This document shows, piece by piece, positions 11,358 to 23,154 of a stretch of DNA of 64,000 nucleotides. The DNA lies in NCBI GenBank assembly GCA_964036045.1, contig OZ038379.1:2666001-2730000 (forward strand), in the 5' to 3' direction. Numbering within the stretch: the first letter of the stretch is position 1; each line of letters begins with the position of its first letter. Source of the stretch: Eutreptiella sp. 'Long Island Sound 2002'. Taxonomy: Eukaryota; Protista; Euglenida. Below the pieces are notes generated by a model. That model was not told where the DNA came from, made no database searches, and worked only from the letters and a program-made list of their open reading frames with translations. The translations under genes and the position numbers were made by a program.

Positions 11358-11920
11358 AACAAGCCACGGCGCCGCCGTGGACGGCGTTTTTGACCAAATG
11401 GTGCTCGTACCTGGCCAAATGGGCCACAAACACCCACAGGTTCATCGGTGATGATGACCTGACACTATTCATGCACACCTTGGAGGTTTACATTGAAAAG
11501 CACTACATACCACCGGTCACACTCTCCAGTGCCCCCCCTTGCACCTCCCCCCACGGCGGCGCAATTACGCTCCACAAACCGACACTTGCGTAAGCTGCAG
11601 AGAGCGGAGGAACTGTACACGGAGCTCGCCGAGCTCCGGGCACAGGGATACCTGCTCATTTTCACCGACGGCTCCTCAGAAGATGAGCCCGGAGTCGGTC
11701 GTATCGATGGATACGGTATTGCCACGGAAAGTGGCGTTCGAGTGACCAACTATATGCCACTGCATCTCCGCCAAACCAATAATGCGGCAGAGCTCTACGC
11801 GGCTGTCTGAGCACTACAAATTGTACCAAACACCAGAATAGCCATTTGCACAGACTCTGAGTATGTCCTACTCGGTGCCCAGGGGGCGGCCAAAAGGTGG
11901 CAATGCCGAGGATTTGGCTA
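11358..11920 (+). mobile_element. LINE C-terminal region and N-terminal half of an RNase H domain
   Basis: Reads QQATAPPWTAFLTKW, then LIFTDGSS, RQTNNAAELYAAV*AL, IAICTDSEYVLLG and AKRWQCRGF (RNase H D-E-D motifs). Confidence 0.82.
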
Positions 11921-12145
11921 TGCACAGCGTATTCAAGTTGGTATAGTACATTCCACTGGTGGCACGAGGCCAGGAAACTGTAGAGTGCTGAGGACATGAT
12001 ATGTAGTGGCAGCACTGCCAGATACTCACTGCCTGCATGCGACCACAAGGGTGGAAACAGCACAGCTTGGGGGATCCAAGGCACTCATTTGGCCAGAGAT
12101 GGCCAGAGATTTCATTTCATTTGGACATTCAGACATTTCATTTGG

Positions 12146-12556
12146 TCATCTCATTTGGCCAGGCATGGGCTGCATGCCCAGAGCGTTCGACAACGCATGC
12201 GTGCTGTCGCACGGCACTAGGGCCGGCTTGGGAGACAGAATGGCAAAGAAAGAAAAGTCTAGGACTTTGGGTAGTAGTGGCGTGTGGGGGGCCTCAGGGA
12301 GGGGTTCATGTTTGGCCTTTTTCACTTCAGGGGTGGCGGGTGTGGTAATGACTTGCAGTGCCGGTGTGGCCTTTGTTGGAAAAAGGGGGTGGGACATGCG
12401 TCCCACTTTTGAGAGTCTGTCGGCCTCCTCATTGTCAGGGACGTCAACGTGTGACGGCACCTTGACCTAGAGGATTTCCCTGTCGGGGTTGGATAACTCC
12501 TGCAGGAGGGTTTGCCAGAGATCAACACAGGCCACACCATTACTGTTGCAGTGGAA
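12146..12556 (-). mobile_element. Inverted C-terminal half of the LINE RNase H
   Basis: Reads HCNSNGVACVDLWQTLL...IL*VKVPSHVDVPDNEEADRLSK (W>stop), the H and last D motifs missing from the plus-strand half. Confidence 0.78.
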
Positions 12557-15163
12557 ATGATGATTGTGCCCCATTAAGACGGTCCATCGATTGTGGAATG
12601 GATTATGATGGAACTGCCGAACATTGCTGCATATGCATACCAGGACGTGCATGTGTGGAGCGCTTTGTTGACCTGCATGCGGCCCCCCAGAAGTGAAAAC
12701 CCGACTTCCCTTGGTAGACACGTAATGCACCTTTTGCTCTCACGCAGGCACCATGCGCCGTGTGCTGATCAGTCTAGGATGTGGGGCTGGTGTTATCATG
12801 ACAGCAGCCTCCCAGGGATTGCAGGGAAATTGTTCAAGTATGCCCAGCACTGTCCATCCCCCAAAAGCGGACGTTTTGCACGCAGCTGGGTACCCGAAGG
12901 ATGTCCAGGAACTTGAGCAGCTCCTTCTTGCGTCACACAACACTGAATATACTTCGGGTGGCCCTTTTGACTGTCTGAGGCTGGCAATTATGGAGCATGG
13001 TGAGGTATTCCACCCTTTGCTCTGTGGCTGTGTGGTGCGATTGGCCAAAGGGGCATGTTTTGAGGTTAGTGATGTTGTCGCAAGGGTATCTAGTGCCCAT
13101 TGAAGAGTTGTACACCCGAGGTGAAGCCCTCTCGCAGCCTAAGTGGACACTCTTGCCGCCAGGGTCGACATCTACACCAAGTAGTTTGTCGTGCTGCGGG
13201 AGGAGACCATCATGTGCGACATAGGATGTTTTGCATGACTTTGTGGAGGGGAAATACACTGGCGTTCCCAGGATTCTGTGCATTCCGTGCAAAGTACTCC
13301 CCCATGGCATGTTGCTTCCAATGTGGGTTTTCACCATTTAGGGAGCACTGTGCACAAAGACCTAGATTTGACTTTCCCCCCAGAAACTGTGTTCTTCCTC
13401 ACATGGCATGGTCGGGTTGGCACTCTCTGGTGCATCCTCCTAGGTCAAGGGGCTGAGGCTTACACTTAGGGGCAAGCATGTGTGTGTGGCGGGGATGGGG
13501 CGCAATCTATTGCCTTCAGCAAAGCACCTGGAAGAGGAGTGTGGAGCACTTCGGGACATGAAACATTGTGGGGGCTCAACCGTATGCCTCAACTTTTTTT
13601 CCTATCTATCGATCTATCTAAATGTACCTAAATTTACCAATCTAAATCAAAATCTCTGTGCATGCTGTGCAAGCCTGCAGACCAGACATGGCATTGGCAT
13701 GATTGTACAATGAGGCAACAACCAGCCTTTGTGGACCATCTCTTGCCCACAGTGTGGAACTGCCAGGGTGGAGGGAGAAAACTCCGCTGGGAACACCATG
13801 GGCAAAACGCCTGGAAATACAGTGCACCACACTATGTGACAGGGCCCCGCGCTCTTTTCACAATCGCCACATTAGTGGTGGAGAGCACCTTCCACACTTC
13901 AAGGTGCAGTTGGAGCAGTTGCAAAGCATTCCACTCCCCTGCAACCCCCCCCCCCCCCCCCCTCCCTGCACCGCTTGACTTGGTATGACTTGGTATAGGT
14001 GAGGGGACAAGAGTGAACCGCGGTAACCGTCCTTAAAGACATGGCATTGGACACCAGTTGTACTCCACAGGAGCCATCCCGCCTTCATGGAACACCTGCA
14101 CCCTCCCTTCAACCCAACTACAAGACTGGCAAAGGTTCTGCCTACACCTTCGCTTAGCTCACCTTAACTAGGTTTTCACCCCCCCCCCCCCCGACCCCCA
14201 CTGAACCCAATAGTCAGGGAGGGTCAGGAGAAGCACAATGAGCAAATGGACCATCAACTGGCCAGTGGAACACGCAATAAACTGAGAAAGCGATGAAGGC
14301 AGTGTGAAGGCAGGTGCGGCTGGAGCAAAGTGGTGGGCCCACACCTGACCTTTTGGGGCCCACTGAACCCAATAACACTCTACCCCCCTCTTAAGAGACT
14401 GAGACTGCAGTGAAGGCCGCCTGAAGGCAGGCCGGCTGGAGCAAAGTGGTGGGTGCACACCTGACCTTTTGAGACTACATTCATGCAAGATCAGGGCAGG
14501 CCATATCTACCAAAATGTGCTCAAACTGCAAGCAGGTGGATGGGGTAGGGCAACCAAGGGCAAGAGGGGTCTGCTGGGCTCTGTGTCGTTTCTCTGCAAG
14601 TCTAGGCTGCTTGGTATCCCCCTGCCTTAACCCCCCTTTCCATGTTACGCAAACTAGAGCAGAGTGGCTCAGCACTTTTTGGAGGCATCCAATACAACAT
14701 TGTGGTGAACTGGAGTGAACTCATATGGGTCGCTTCGGCGTGGCAGTACCCGCTGCACTACCATGCATCAGTATACTCTGCAGGCACAGATTCAGGTTTG
14801 CCCTATGGGACACACGACTTATCAAGTGACTGTACTGCGCCCTGCAGCACTGATGTAGAGACCGGGTTGTGAATCTGAGAGCCTCATCGCTACTCAGCGC
14901 AGGCCTGTTGATAAAAAAAACAAACCATTGTGGTGAACTGGAGTGATTTAGCAAGGCTTGTGGTGGCTGGGGCGGGGCTTTTTATTGTTTTGCTGTACAT
15001 CTGGGCTGCCTGGGTGGGGTGCGCTGCGCACCAATCCTTGATTGGCCCATTTGCAGTGTCCCGTGTGTGCCATTGGGCCCTGTGTAGCAAGCCTACTTGC
15101 TGGAACATGATTCTGCACACTGTCACATCACTCCATTCTTTGACCGCTCCATTGCCATTGCAG

Positions 15164-15666
15164 GACAAGTTCTTCCAACAGACTCTGCCATTCATCATCG
15201 ATTCTGCCGCAGCAGTTCCCAGACATTTGCAGCAGCAGCCACTGCCCCTTTTGCTGAATTCTAGTCCTGATGCAAATCTGGAGGTTGATGCAAATGACTG
15301 TGTACGGCTGCTTGCTGCTGCTTTTTTGTGCACTTACCCCCTCCGCACGACGTCCATTGACCGACCCTACTGCCGTGAGTACACTGCCCTTCCAAGCATT
15401 AATATGGATTCACTGTTGCGCTCGGCCTTCAAGCCCCAGAGCAAGCCTGCCCACGCAAAAGTTGTCAAAACCCGCATGGTGCTGCGCTATTTTGACGAAA
15501 TGCGACAGCGGGTGGCCGCAGAGGACCCCAGTCTTCGCCGTAAAATCGTAGTGCAGCGCCGGCCCGCCCCCTCTGCTGAGGACCTGGGCAAGTCCCGGTC
15601 AGCCCTTGGGGATGCAACAGTGCTCAGTTGGAAGGAGTCCCAGGTTCATGATTCAGATAAGCTGAG
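15164..15666 (+). CDS. PARG: PARG-like poly(ADP-ribose) glycohydrolase, internal exon (upstream exons not located)
   Basis: FFQQTLPFI...PLPLL...VRLLAAAFLCTYP...EYTALPSINMDSL...KTRMVLRYF...IVVQRR parallels the PARG accessory region (ILP..PIPLL..ASLLANAFFCTFP..YPDINF..KLKTLFCYF..TFTRQ). CAG acceptor at 15161-15163; donor AG|GTATGC at 15667. Confidence 0.85.
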
Positions 15667-16551
15667 GTATGCCCCAACTCAGTCCATACCTTACAATTGG
15701 ATAGCAAAACTGAAACACGGGACTGGAGGTGTGTGAATTCGTTGGCCCAGATCCAACGCCCAGATCCCCGCAACTGTTGTGGCTAAATGGAAGATACCAA
15801 GGGTGACTGTTCCGCACGACTAACCCGTACAGGGGGCGGGATTTAGTAGCTGAAGAAACCCGTCTGGAAAATTTTAGTACGCCCAATTCTGGCGCAATTT
15901 TTCCCATCACTGTTAACGATTGTGGCGGAATTGTTTTCTGCGAACTGCCCGACAGTGTTTCAAGGAAAATGTTGGGGGGCCACAGCAAAAAATACCCAAA
16001 AGGAATGGCAAAAAGATAAAGAGCAAGGCCCGAGGACTCCTAATTGGGGAGTTACGACCAGGGTCATCGGCTGAGCGCAATCAGTAATTTGGATGCCACT
16101 TGCAGTGCGGGGAACTATGTGGGCCTGAGCAAAGTAGACCCTCATCACACCCTTTCCTCAAGTGGTGTCCCCCTCAGTAAGGAGAGCCGACCTTAGGCCT
16201 TGCCCTTCACCATGGAAAAGTGTGGCGCAATTTTCCCCATCACTTTTAACGATTGTGGCGGAATTTTTCCCGTGCGGAATTTTTCCGGGCAAAAATTTTC
16301 CTGTACTAAATCCCCCCCCCCCCCTGTATGACACGTCTCTGGCGGGATGTATAAAGCGGCCAGGACGTCCTTTGTCAAGCACCATGCATTTCATGGAGGG
16401 GAATGAAAGTTGCAGGGATCCCACCACGGCTGAAGGAGATCTACCCAATCCCCCTGTTGCCCCATTTTCCAAGCACTTTCAACTTTGATAAGTAATGAAT
16501 GCTTGGCGATGATGACCTTACCAGCTCCTGCATGCACTGTATTTCCATCAG
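15667..16551 (+). other. Conventional GT-AG intron (885 bp, phase 2) of the PARG-like gene
   Basis: GT at 15667 and CAG ending at 16551. Splicing gives in-frame DSDKL-R-IVIANN, matching PARG's position before the catalytic loop. Confidence 0.8.
15830..16326. mobile_element. Tc1/mariner-type MITE (497 bp, TA target duplication) inside the intron
   Basis: TA|cagggggcgggatttagta ... tactaaatccccccccccccctg|TA (TA at 15828-15829 and 16327-16328). Internal ~45-bp direct repeat near 15889 and 16223. Confidence 0.8.
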
Positions 16552-17251
16552 GATAGTGATTGCCAACAACGGCATCGTGGGCAGCAGTGCGCTCGCCCAA
16601 GGTGCTGCCCCTGAGGAACTCATATTTGCTGCCAGCCCTGAGCTGTTGGTTGGGCGGCTGCTCTGCAGCAGGCTGCAAAATGATGAGGTGGTGCTGATCA
16701 GTGGTGCAGAGCCCTTCGCAGAGACATGTGGTGGCAGGCTCAACCTGAGTTTCATGGCCCATTTTTACAAGCGACCAAAGGTTTCTCGAGGGTGGGTTTC
16801 TTGCTTATTTGGCCGTCAACCGACAAAGAAGGAAGAGCAGCTGCCCACATATGTTGCTTGCATTCCTTTCATCAATCGGCACGAGTCCCAGGAACAGGAG
16901 TTCAGCCAGCAGGCTGTAACACGTGAGCTTCGGAAGATATCGGGAGCGCTTGCAGATACCAATACACCAAAAGAGGTGGCCACTGGGCCCTGGGGTTCAG
17001 CGGACCCCACACTGAATGCACTGATTCAATGGGCGGCAATCTCTCAAGCAGGTCGGCAGATGCATTTCTACCCCAGTGATGCAGACACACAACACCGCAC
17101 TGCGCACCTGTTGCAGGAATTAAAAAACAGGCGTGTAACTGTTGGCGAGCTGGTGCATTTCCTCTCGAACGATCTAGTGGCAGGACAAGAAGTGTACAAT
17201 CAGGTGTGTGATCATTTCAGCATCAAACATCTCCCACGAAAGGTGAAGTAG
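16552..17251 (+). CDS. PARG: PARG-like protein, last exon (macrodomain catalytic region)
   Basis: Reads IVIANNGIVGSSALAQGAAPEELIFAASPELLVGRL...EVVLISGAE...RELRK...VATGPWGSADP.LNALIQWAA...TVGEL. Open to TAG at 17249-17251. Confidence 0.85.
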
Positions 17252-18005
17252 TTTGAGATGAGATAAGTGTTTGGAGGGCAGCAACCCGCTCTTGGCTGTG
17301 CGCCCCTCCACTGCTCACTGTTCTGACAGCTACTGTGTTGGCAAGGAGCTCCTAACTCCAGTCAACAATACACCGCTTTCTTCACTGGCATTCTGGCAAG
17401 TACGCCAAATCGGCAAACAATGTGGATGCTTGTGACTTTTCGTGAGGAGGGGCAGGCCCAAGATTCATCTTGACGCTGACGCATTGGCGCCTTCAGGTGG
17501 CATTGTTGGCCTTGACAGAGAAGTCATGGACACTGGACCCGGTACAAACTCTGGCTTCTGCGCTGATCCTCGGTTGCACTATTGCACAGTCCGTTAATGC
17601 TCTTCCTGGACTCATTCTGTCATCAACAAGGGTGCATGCCCCGTCCCATGCAACAGCACTGCTTGCAGTGCTCTGTCTCATCGGGGGTATCTAGCAGCCT
17701 GTGAACTGGTCTCAATCTGCTCATCTTCAGAAAGAGTGGTAAAGTGGCACCACTGCTTTCATTTACAGCAGCCCCATGGTGCCCACTCCCCTGATGGCAC
17801 AAGCAGCATCCAGACCAATGCAGAGCCGTGAGGCTGTGTGACACAGGGCCAACGCGTGTTACATTCAGTGGTGCGCTGCAGTGATGCATTTTGGTTCATT
17901 TCGGCCGTCAAACATGGCTGATCCCTGAGGTAGCTCCCACTTTGCTCACCAGGACAGCAACAATGAAACTCAGGGTCCTTGGTAGTTCATTTGACAGAGA
18001 GAGGA

Positions 18006-18043
18006 CAGAATTTCAAAAGGGACTTCTGCCTTTTGAAATTCTG
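18006..18043. other. Perfect 15-bp inverted repeat with 8-nt loop
   Basis: cagaatttcaaaagg-gacttctg-ccttttgaaattctg. Confidence 0.9.
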
Positions 18044-18349
18044 CTCATTATGCTTCCCGCAGCTGAGAGACCTATTTTGTTGCTGGTCATTCAGTGAACA
18101 GTTGTAATTTACCTCGAAGAGGGTTGTTAGATCAAGTGCAGGCATGAGAGCCACACCCCCCCCCCCCCAGTTTACGGGGTACGTAGCCTACCTCAATGTC
18201 TGATATTGGATGATAAACCCCTTTTAAAACCGTCATTTTGGGAGACAAAGTCATCCCCCAATGAATTTTTTATTTTGACCCCTCTACTCCCCCCCGTATC
18301 TGGGTGTCGCTTTTTTGGGATGGGGGTTTGGGGAGGGGTCAGGGTGTTA

Positions 18350-19038
18350 AAAGTTGGTTGGCCTATGGCCACCACTGTACCTTGATTTGGACCCAGGTCC
18401 GAATCCCCTTTTTTCTTCAACATGGACCCCTTAACCAATCACGGGGTCCCGGGAGCTATCTCCGACTTTCCAAGATGGGCCCCACCGTTAAGGATGGTGC
18501 CGTTTTTAGGCAGGCTGAAAAATTGCGATTTCGGGGTGACGTTTGACGACCCCCATGGACCCTTGGGGCACCCGTGTTGGGTGATCATTTGGTGACAACG
18601 GGAGTACACATAGAGCTATGTAGCACCAACTAGGCCCTCCTAGTGGTGCTGAAAATATTGGCCCTGAAAGTGCCGTTTTTGGCTTGTTTGCATTGTGGTG
18701 GGGGCAAAATTTTTGGTTGGCCTACAGCCGCCACTGTGCGTAAATTCGGACCCAGGTCCTATTCCACCTTTTTTTCTAGTATGGACCCCCTAACCAATGA
18801 TGGGTTTCCCGGGTCCTATCTCCAATTTTCCAAGATCAGCCCCCCTATGGGGCCCCACCGTTGAGGATTGTGCCGTATTCAAGCAGGCATGGGTTGGCTG
18901 AAAAATCGCGATTTTGGGGAGACCTCTGACGACCCCGTGGACCCTTGGGCCGTTGTTGGGTGATCATTTGGTGACAATGGGAGTATGCATGAAGCCATAA
19001 GGAGCCATGTAGCACCAACTAGGCCCTCCTAGTGGTGC
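18350..19038. repeat. Diverged tandem dimer (about 300 and 330 bp units)
   Basis: Both units share ttggttggccta..., ggacccaggtcc, atggacccc, gggtgatcatttggtgacaa and the terminal gtagcaccaactaggccctcctagtggtgc. Confidence 0.8.
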
Positions 19039-19204
19039 CTATTGGCCCTAAAAGTGTTGTTTTGGAGGTGCTTCACTGAAGGCAATAGAAATTTGATGTC
19101 ATGAGTTGGTGCATGGGGGATGCTGGTGATGATGGAGTGTGTGTATGTACGTGCGCCCTTTTTTCTCTTGCATTCCCTCTCTTTTCAAGGCAGTTTTCTG
19201 TCCG

Positions 19205-19983
19205 TTTTATTGGGAGGGGGGATCCCAGCGGATGACGGCCATGGCAGACCTGTCCGCGGTTGTGCTACTGCCGATTGCGAGCTTGCGTCCAACACTACTG
19301 GCGGTGATCAAGGAGGTCACGAACAACCGCCCGGCTATGTTCTCAACTTCGGCTACTACATTTAGGCCATTGTAACGGACCACGGCCAATGAAAGGGGCA
19401 TCCCACATTGCCGACCTAGCAGCCAGCAGCGCCTTAGGCTAGTGCAACTCGGGCACATTTGGCATATTTTTTTGCGGCTACCGGCGCCAAGTCTCCCTGT
19501 CACGGTGAGGACCGTAAGACCTAGTTGGGCCCATTCAAGGCACCTATGCCTGCCCACCTCAAGGGTGAGTTTCATAGAGACTACGGTTTCGATCTCCGAG
19601 TTTTCGGCTCCAACCCCACCAACCTGTAGAGATACGCCGAGGCCAAGCTGTTGTACGCCCGTTGAGCTATGCTGGGTAGCGTTGGGTGCTTGACCCTTGA
19701 GTTGTGGGCCAAGTTTTTTTGGTGTCAACATTGTTCATTGATGCCCCGCTGTTCGTTCCTCATGGTATCGACTACTTGGGTAGCCCTTGTCTAATTCACG
19801 CCCACAACATCATCGCCATTGTCGCATGAATGGTTGGACCGGCAACTACGTGGTGATTTTGCCCCCAACCATGTGACCGGTTTTGCCGCCTTTGGAAGCG
19901 TGTCTAGCACAGTGGTTGCCTAATACAGTGTGCACAACAAGTGGTTGGGTCCCAACTCTAATGCCTCTGCACCTGGCCGTTAA
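19205..19983 (+). pseudogene. LHCII (chlorophyll a/b-binding) polyprotein pseudogene fragment
   Basis: Helix-3 KEVTNNRPAMFS.FGYYI*AIVT; linker YFFAATGAKS (19465-19494); next unit SPCHGEDRKT*LGPF..PAHLKGEFHRDYGFD...YAEAKLLYAR*AMLGSVGCL..GIDYLGSPCLIHAHNIIAI; then a further unit start KWLGPNS. Many stops and frameshifts. Confidence 0.88.
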
Positions 19984-20667
19984 GAGTTAAAAATCAAGGG
20001 CCTCGATTGTATATCTCTTATTGTTATATTCTTATTCTTATGGTTCTATATGTTTTATTTTTAGTGACTCGGTTTTTATTTTGTGCTGTATTTATGTAAG
20101 TAGGGGTCTGTGAACCAACCAGGTTAGTTCTAGAAAGAAGTACACCCAGGCTGAGTTACATGACTATGTGGTATTGACTGTGCCTTATCCTCCCCCCTCG
20201 GCAAACCCTTGTTTTCTCAAACTGATTGTTTTGTTTTCCTTTTTCAGGTAGTTGTCTGTCCCCTCACCCACCCACCCAATGGGGGTGTTGGATTGACTCC
20301 TTTGGGGGGGGGGGGGGGGGCAATGGGTGCTTTTGGCAGGTAGAGTCGCTCCCACGAGCTTGAGAGGGTGGGGGGGTTCGCCGAGTGCCCCCCCCCCCCC
20401 CATGCAGAGTCTCCAGGGTCTTCCAAGGTTCAACCAGGTATGGCATAGAGAATAAAGATGCACTTTTGCCATTATCTCATCACGCATTTTGCCGCACTGT
20501 TGTCTGTTTTTCTACAAACAAATTCTTCTCAACTTAATTAGCCCCCCCCCCCCCCCCTTGCAATGCAGTGTCCTGTCATTTGCTTAGCGGTCCACCCACC
20601 CATCCACGGCGGGAGTGGCCCTTGTATGTAACGCATGAATCCCCCCCCCCCCCCCCCACCCACCCAG

Positions 20668-20828
20668 TGCGCAGCCCCACCCGGAGGGGTTCCCGGGGGG
20701 GTCGTACCTTGGACTGTGGAGATCCATTTCCCTTGCCTCCCTGCGCAGCCCCACCCGGAGGGGTTCCCGGAGGGGTTCCCGGAGGGGGTCGTACCTTGGA
20801 CTGTGGAGATCCATTTCCCTTGCCTCCC
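20668..20828. repeat. Tandem dimer, 74-bp unit with an internal 12-bp expansion
   Basis: tgcgcagccccacccggagggg...gtcgtaccttggactgtggagatccatttcccttgcctccc occurs twice. Confidence 0.85.
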
Positions 20829-21817
20829 AGTGAACTCGGGATTCCGTGTTCTCCACTTTCTCATGCAGGCGGCCAAGGGGTCGAGCCCCCAGAATTGGGG
20901 ACCTTTCACTGTAGAGAGAGAGCCTTCTCATTTTTTGACCATTGTTCCATTCTGGGCACCTGTTACTCTCTACCTTTGTGTGCGTGTGCGTGTGTGTGTG
21001 TGACGCCCCAAGGATTTCAATCAAAGCTCAAACTGCGAGTTTCAACATTTCTCCGTCCTACTAGCTCTTAGTGAAACCATGTGTCCATTGTCTTGTTGGC
21101 CTCACACACAACGGGGATCGCCATATTAGGGAGGGAAATCAGTCTTCAAGTCTACGGGTTTGGACGCCGCTGCTGGCCCCATTTATGGTGGTTGGTGGGG
21201 CACAGTCCTAGGAACTCTCAACTTGAGATGGATCCCGTGGGCCCCAACCCTGGCCGTGGTCAGAACCTTCTTCAGATCGAGGGTTGGGTGACTTCTGTTC
21301 CTGCTCGCCCATGCTTGCCTACTGGCGGCAACCCCATCATATGTTTGCTCTGGCAAACCCCCGCTTCCCACACCTCCAGCCTTTTGGCTGATGCCGTGTG
21401 ATGGCTCATCAGTGCACGTACTGCACCTCCCATTGGAGCTGGCGTGCTTGCTTGGCGTCCGAATGCCGGACAAGCGGTGCCGCGAATCCGTGTCTCAGGG
21501 TTCTAGGCTGGCCCCTATGGCCCTAGGATCAGCAGTGTGTGACAGTTCTACCTACTACCACACACGATGAGCACTAAGGGACCCATGACTTTCATAGACG
21601 GCATGTGACCTTTGGTTTCTTGAGCGAGCGTGGCCTAGGTGTCACGGACACAAATATGCAACACACATATATGCAACACATACACGAGTGGTGCAAAGGC
21701 TTGACCCCCCCCTCTAAGAGTAGACTTCGGGCGCAGCGCCAATGGACTAACAACAGGCAATGCGCCATGCCAGACTAGCAGGAGCCAAGGCCCCCGTGTC
21801 GGCCCATGCTGCGGTCA

Positions 21818-22005
21818 TCACTGTATTCCAATGTCAGGACTCTCACACCTCAGTCGTCCCCCTATTCTGGTGTCCGGACTCTTACACCACAATCGTCTCT
21901 ACACTCCAATGCCTGTTCACTCACACCGCAATTGTCCCTGCACTCCAATGTACGTTCACTCACATCACCACTGTCCATCTATTCCAATGCATGGACCATC
22001 ACCCC
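21818..22005. repeat. Degenerate 39-bp minisatellite, about 5 units
   Basis: Period-39 recurrence of tc...ctccaatg...ctcacac. Confidence 0.7.
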
Positions 22006-22504
22006 ATCGGCTACCGAGTTCACAAGTCTCCAATGGCTCGGGCTCATAAGAGCTAGCGTCACGGCAGCCCAGAACTAGTGCACGGGTGTCGGTTGGCGAC
22101 ACCCCATGGCTGCTGGAGTGGTAACAGCCGGCAGTTGGGTAACCCTAGCCCGAACCGGCAGTCGGGAATACGGGTCGGGAGCAGAGGGTGAAGAGGCAAT
22201 TGTGACAACAGCATACGCCAATACAATGCCACGTCAATCCTTCCATAGCCGTGCTCGAGTGCAGGCTCGCGGTGTGGGGGCCCTGCTCTGGTAGCAAGGG
22301 AGCAGAGCATGCATATGTGGGATGCAGGGTGCGCGGTAGGATGCAAGCCCTGTACATAGTCTTGCTATCGTGTTGAGAGGGAGGAAAGGCCGCACCGGGC
22401 GGAGATGCCAGACATTGCAGTGCGGGCAGAGCTGTAGAGTGGTGGCGTGTCATAGCAAACGCTATTGCTTTGGTTGAAATGAATGGGGCGTCACACACAC
22501 ATTG

Positions 22505-22505
<1 letters not shown>

Positions 22506-22542
<37 letters not shown>

Positions 22543-22559
22543 ACACACACACACACACA
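22506..22559. repeat. (CA)n microsatellite
   Basis: Read directly. Confidence 0.95.
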
Positions 22560-23091
22560 GAGCGAGAATCACCCGAGCCATACCAACCTGAGGTAGCACA
22601 CAAGAAGCCACATGCACACACAACACACAGAACACACATATGCACGCATGCCATTGCAGGGTTAGGGTTAGGGTTGTGCCCTGGGCCCAGCAAAGAGGCG
22701 GTCACAACAGGGGCCAGGGGCCAGCACGGAGGCGGTCTCAGCAATGGAGGGGGCTCCCTGCACCCTTGGTGTAGAGGCCCACCCAGGTTTCTTGCCTGCA
22801 CCCGAGCGGCCAATTTGGCCAGAGTTATGTCCCTGTGGGGTAGGGCAAAACAGGCCTGCGTGCAACCCCCAAAGTCATGATGTTGGCGGATGGGGCATTG
22901 TCATGGTGACATCATGACCGGGCTCCCCACTGGGCTCCCCACCTACCCATTGCGCAGCACCCTGTCCGACCACCACAACACCACCACAATCCTGCGATTG
23001 CATGGGGTGTTCCATGCATGTGTAAGCGACATTTACCTGACAAGTTCCTGAACACACAGGCTTTCCCCCCAGGTGCCTGTTTGTCGCGTTT

Positions 23092-23094
<3 letters not shown>

Positions 23095-23148
<54 letters not shown>
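23095..23148. repeat. (GT)n microsatellite
   Basis: Read directly. Confidence 0.95.

Positions 23149-23154
<6 letters not shown>

Noticed and set aside
14642-15163. Possible upstream PARG exons, including the 5' part of ORF 14930-15736
   Set aside because: No PARG similarity before the acceptor at 15163; the region contains a 21-bp local duplication (14698-14718, 14926-14946) and looks intronic.
22657-22675. gggttagggttagggtt telomere-like repeat
   Set aside because: Fewer than three units, inside microsatellite-rich DNA; too short to call an interstitial telomere.
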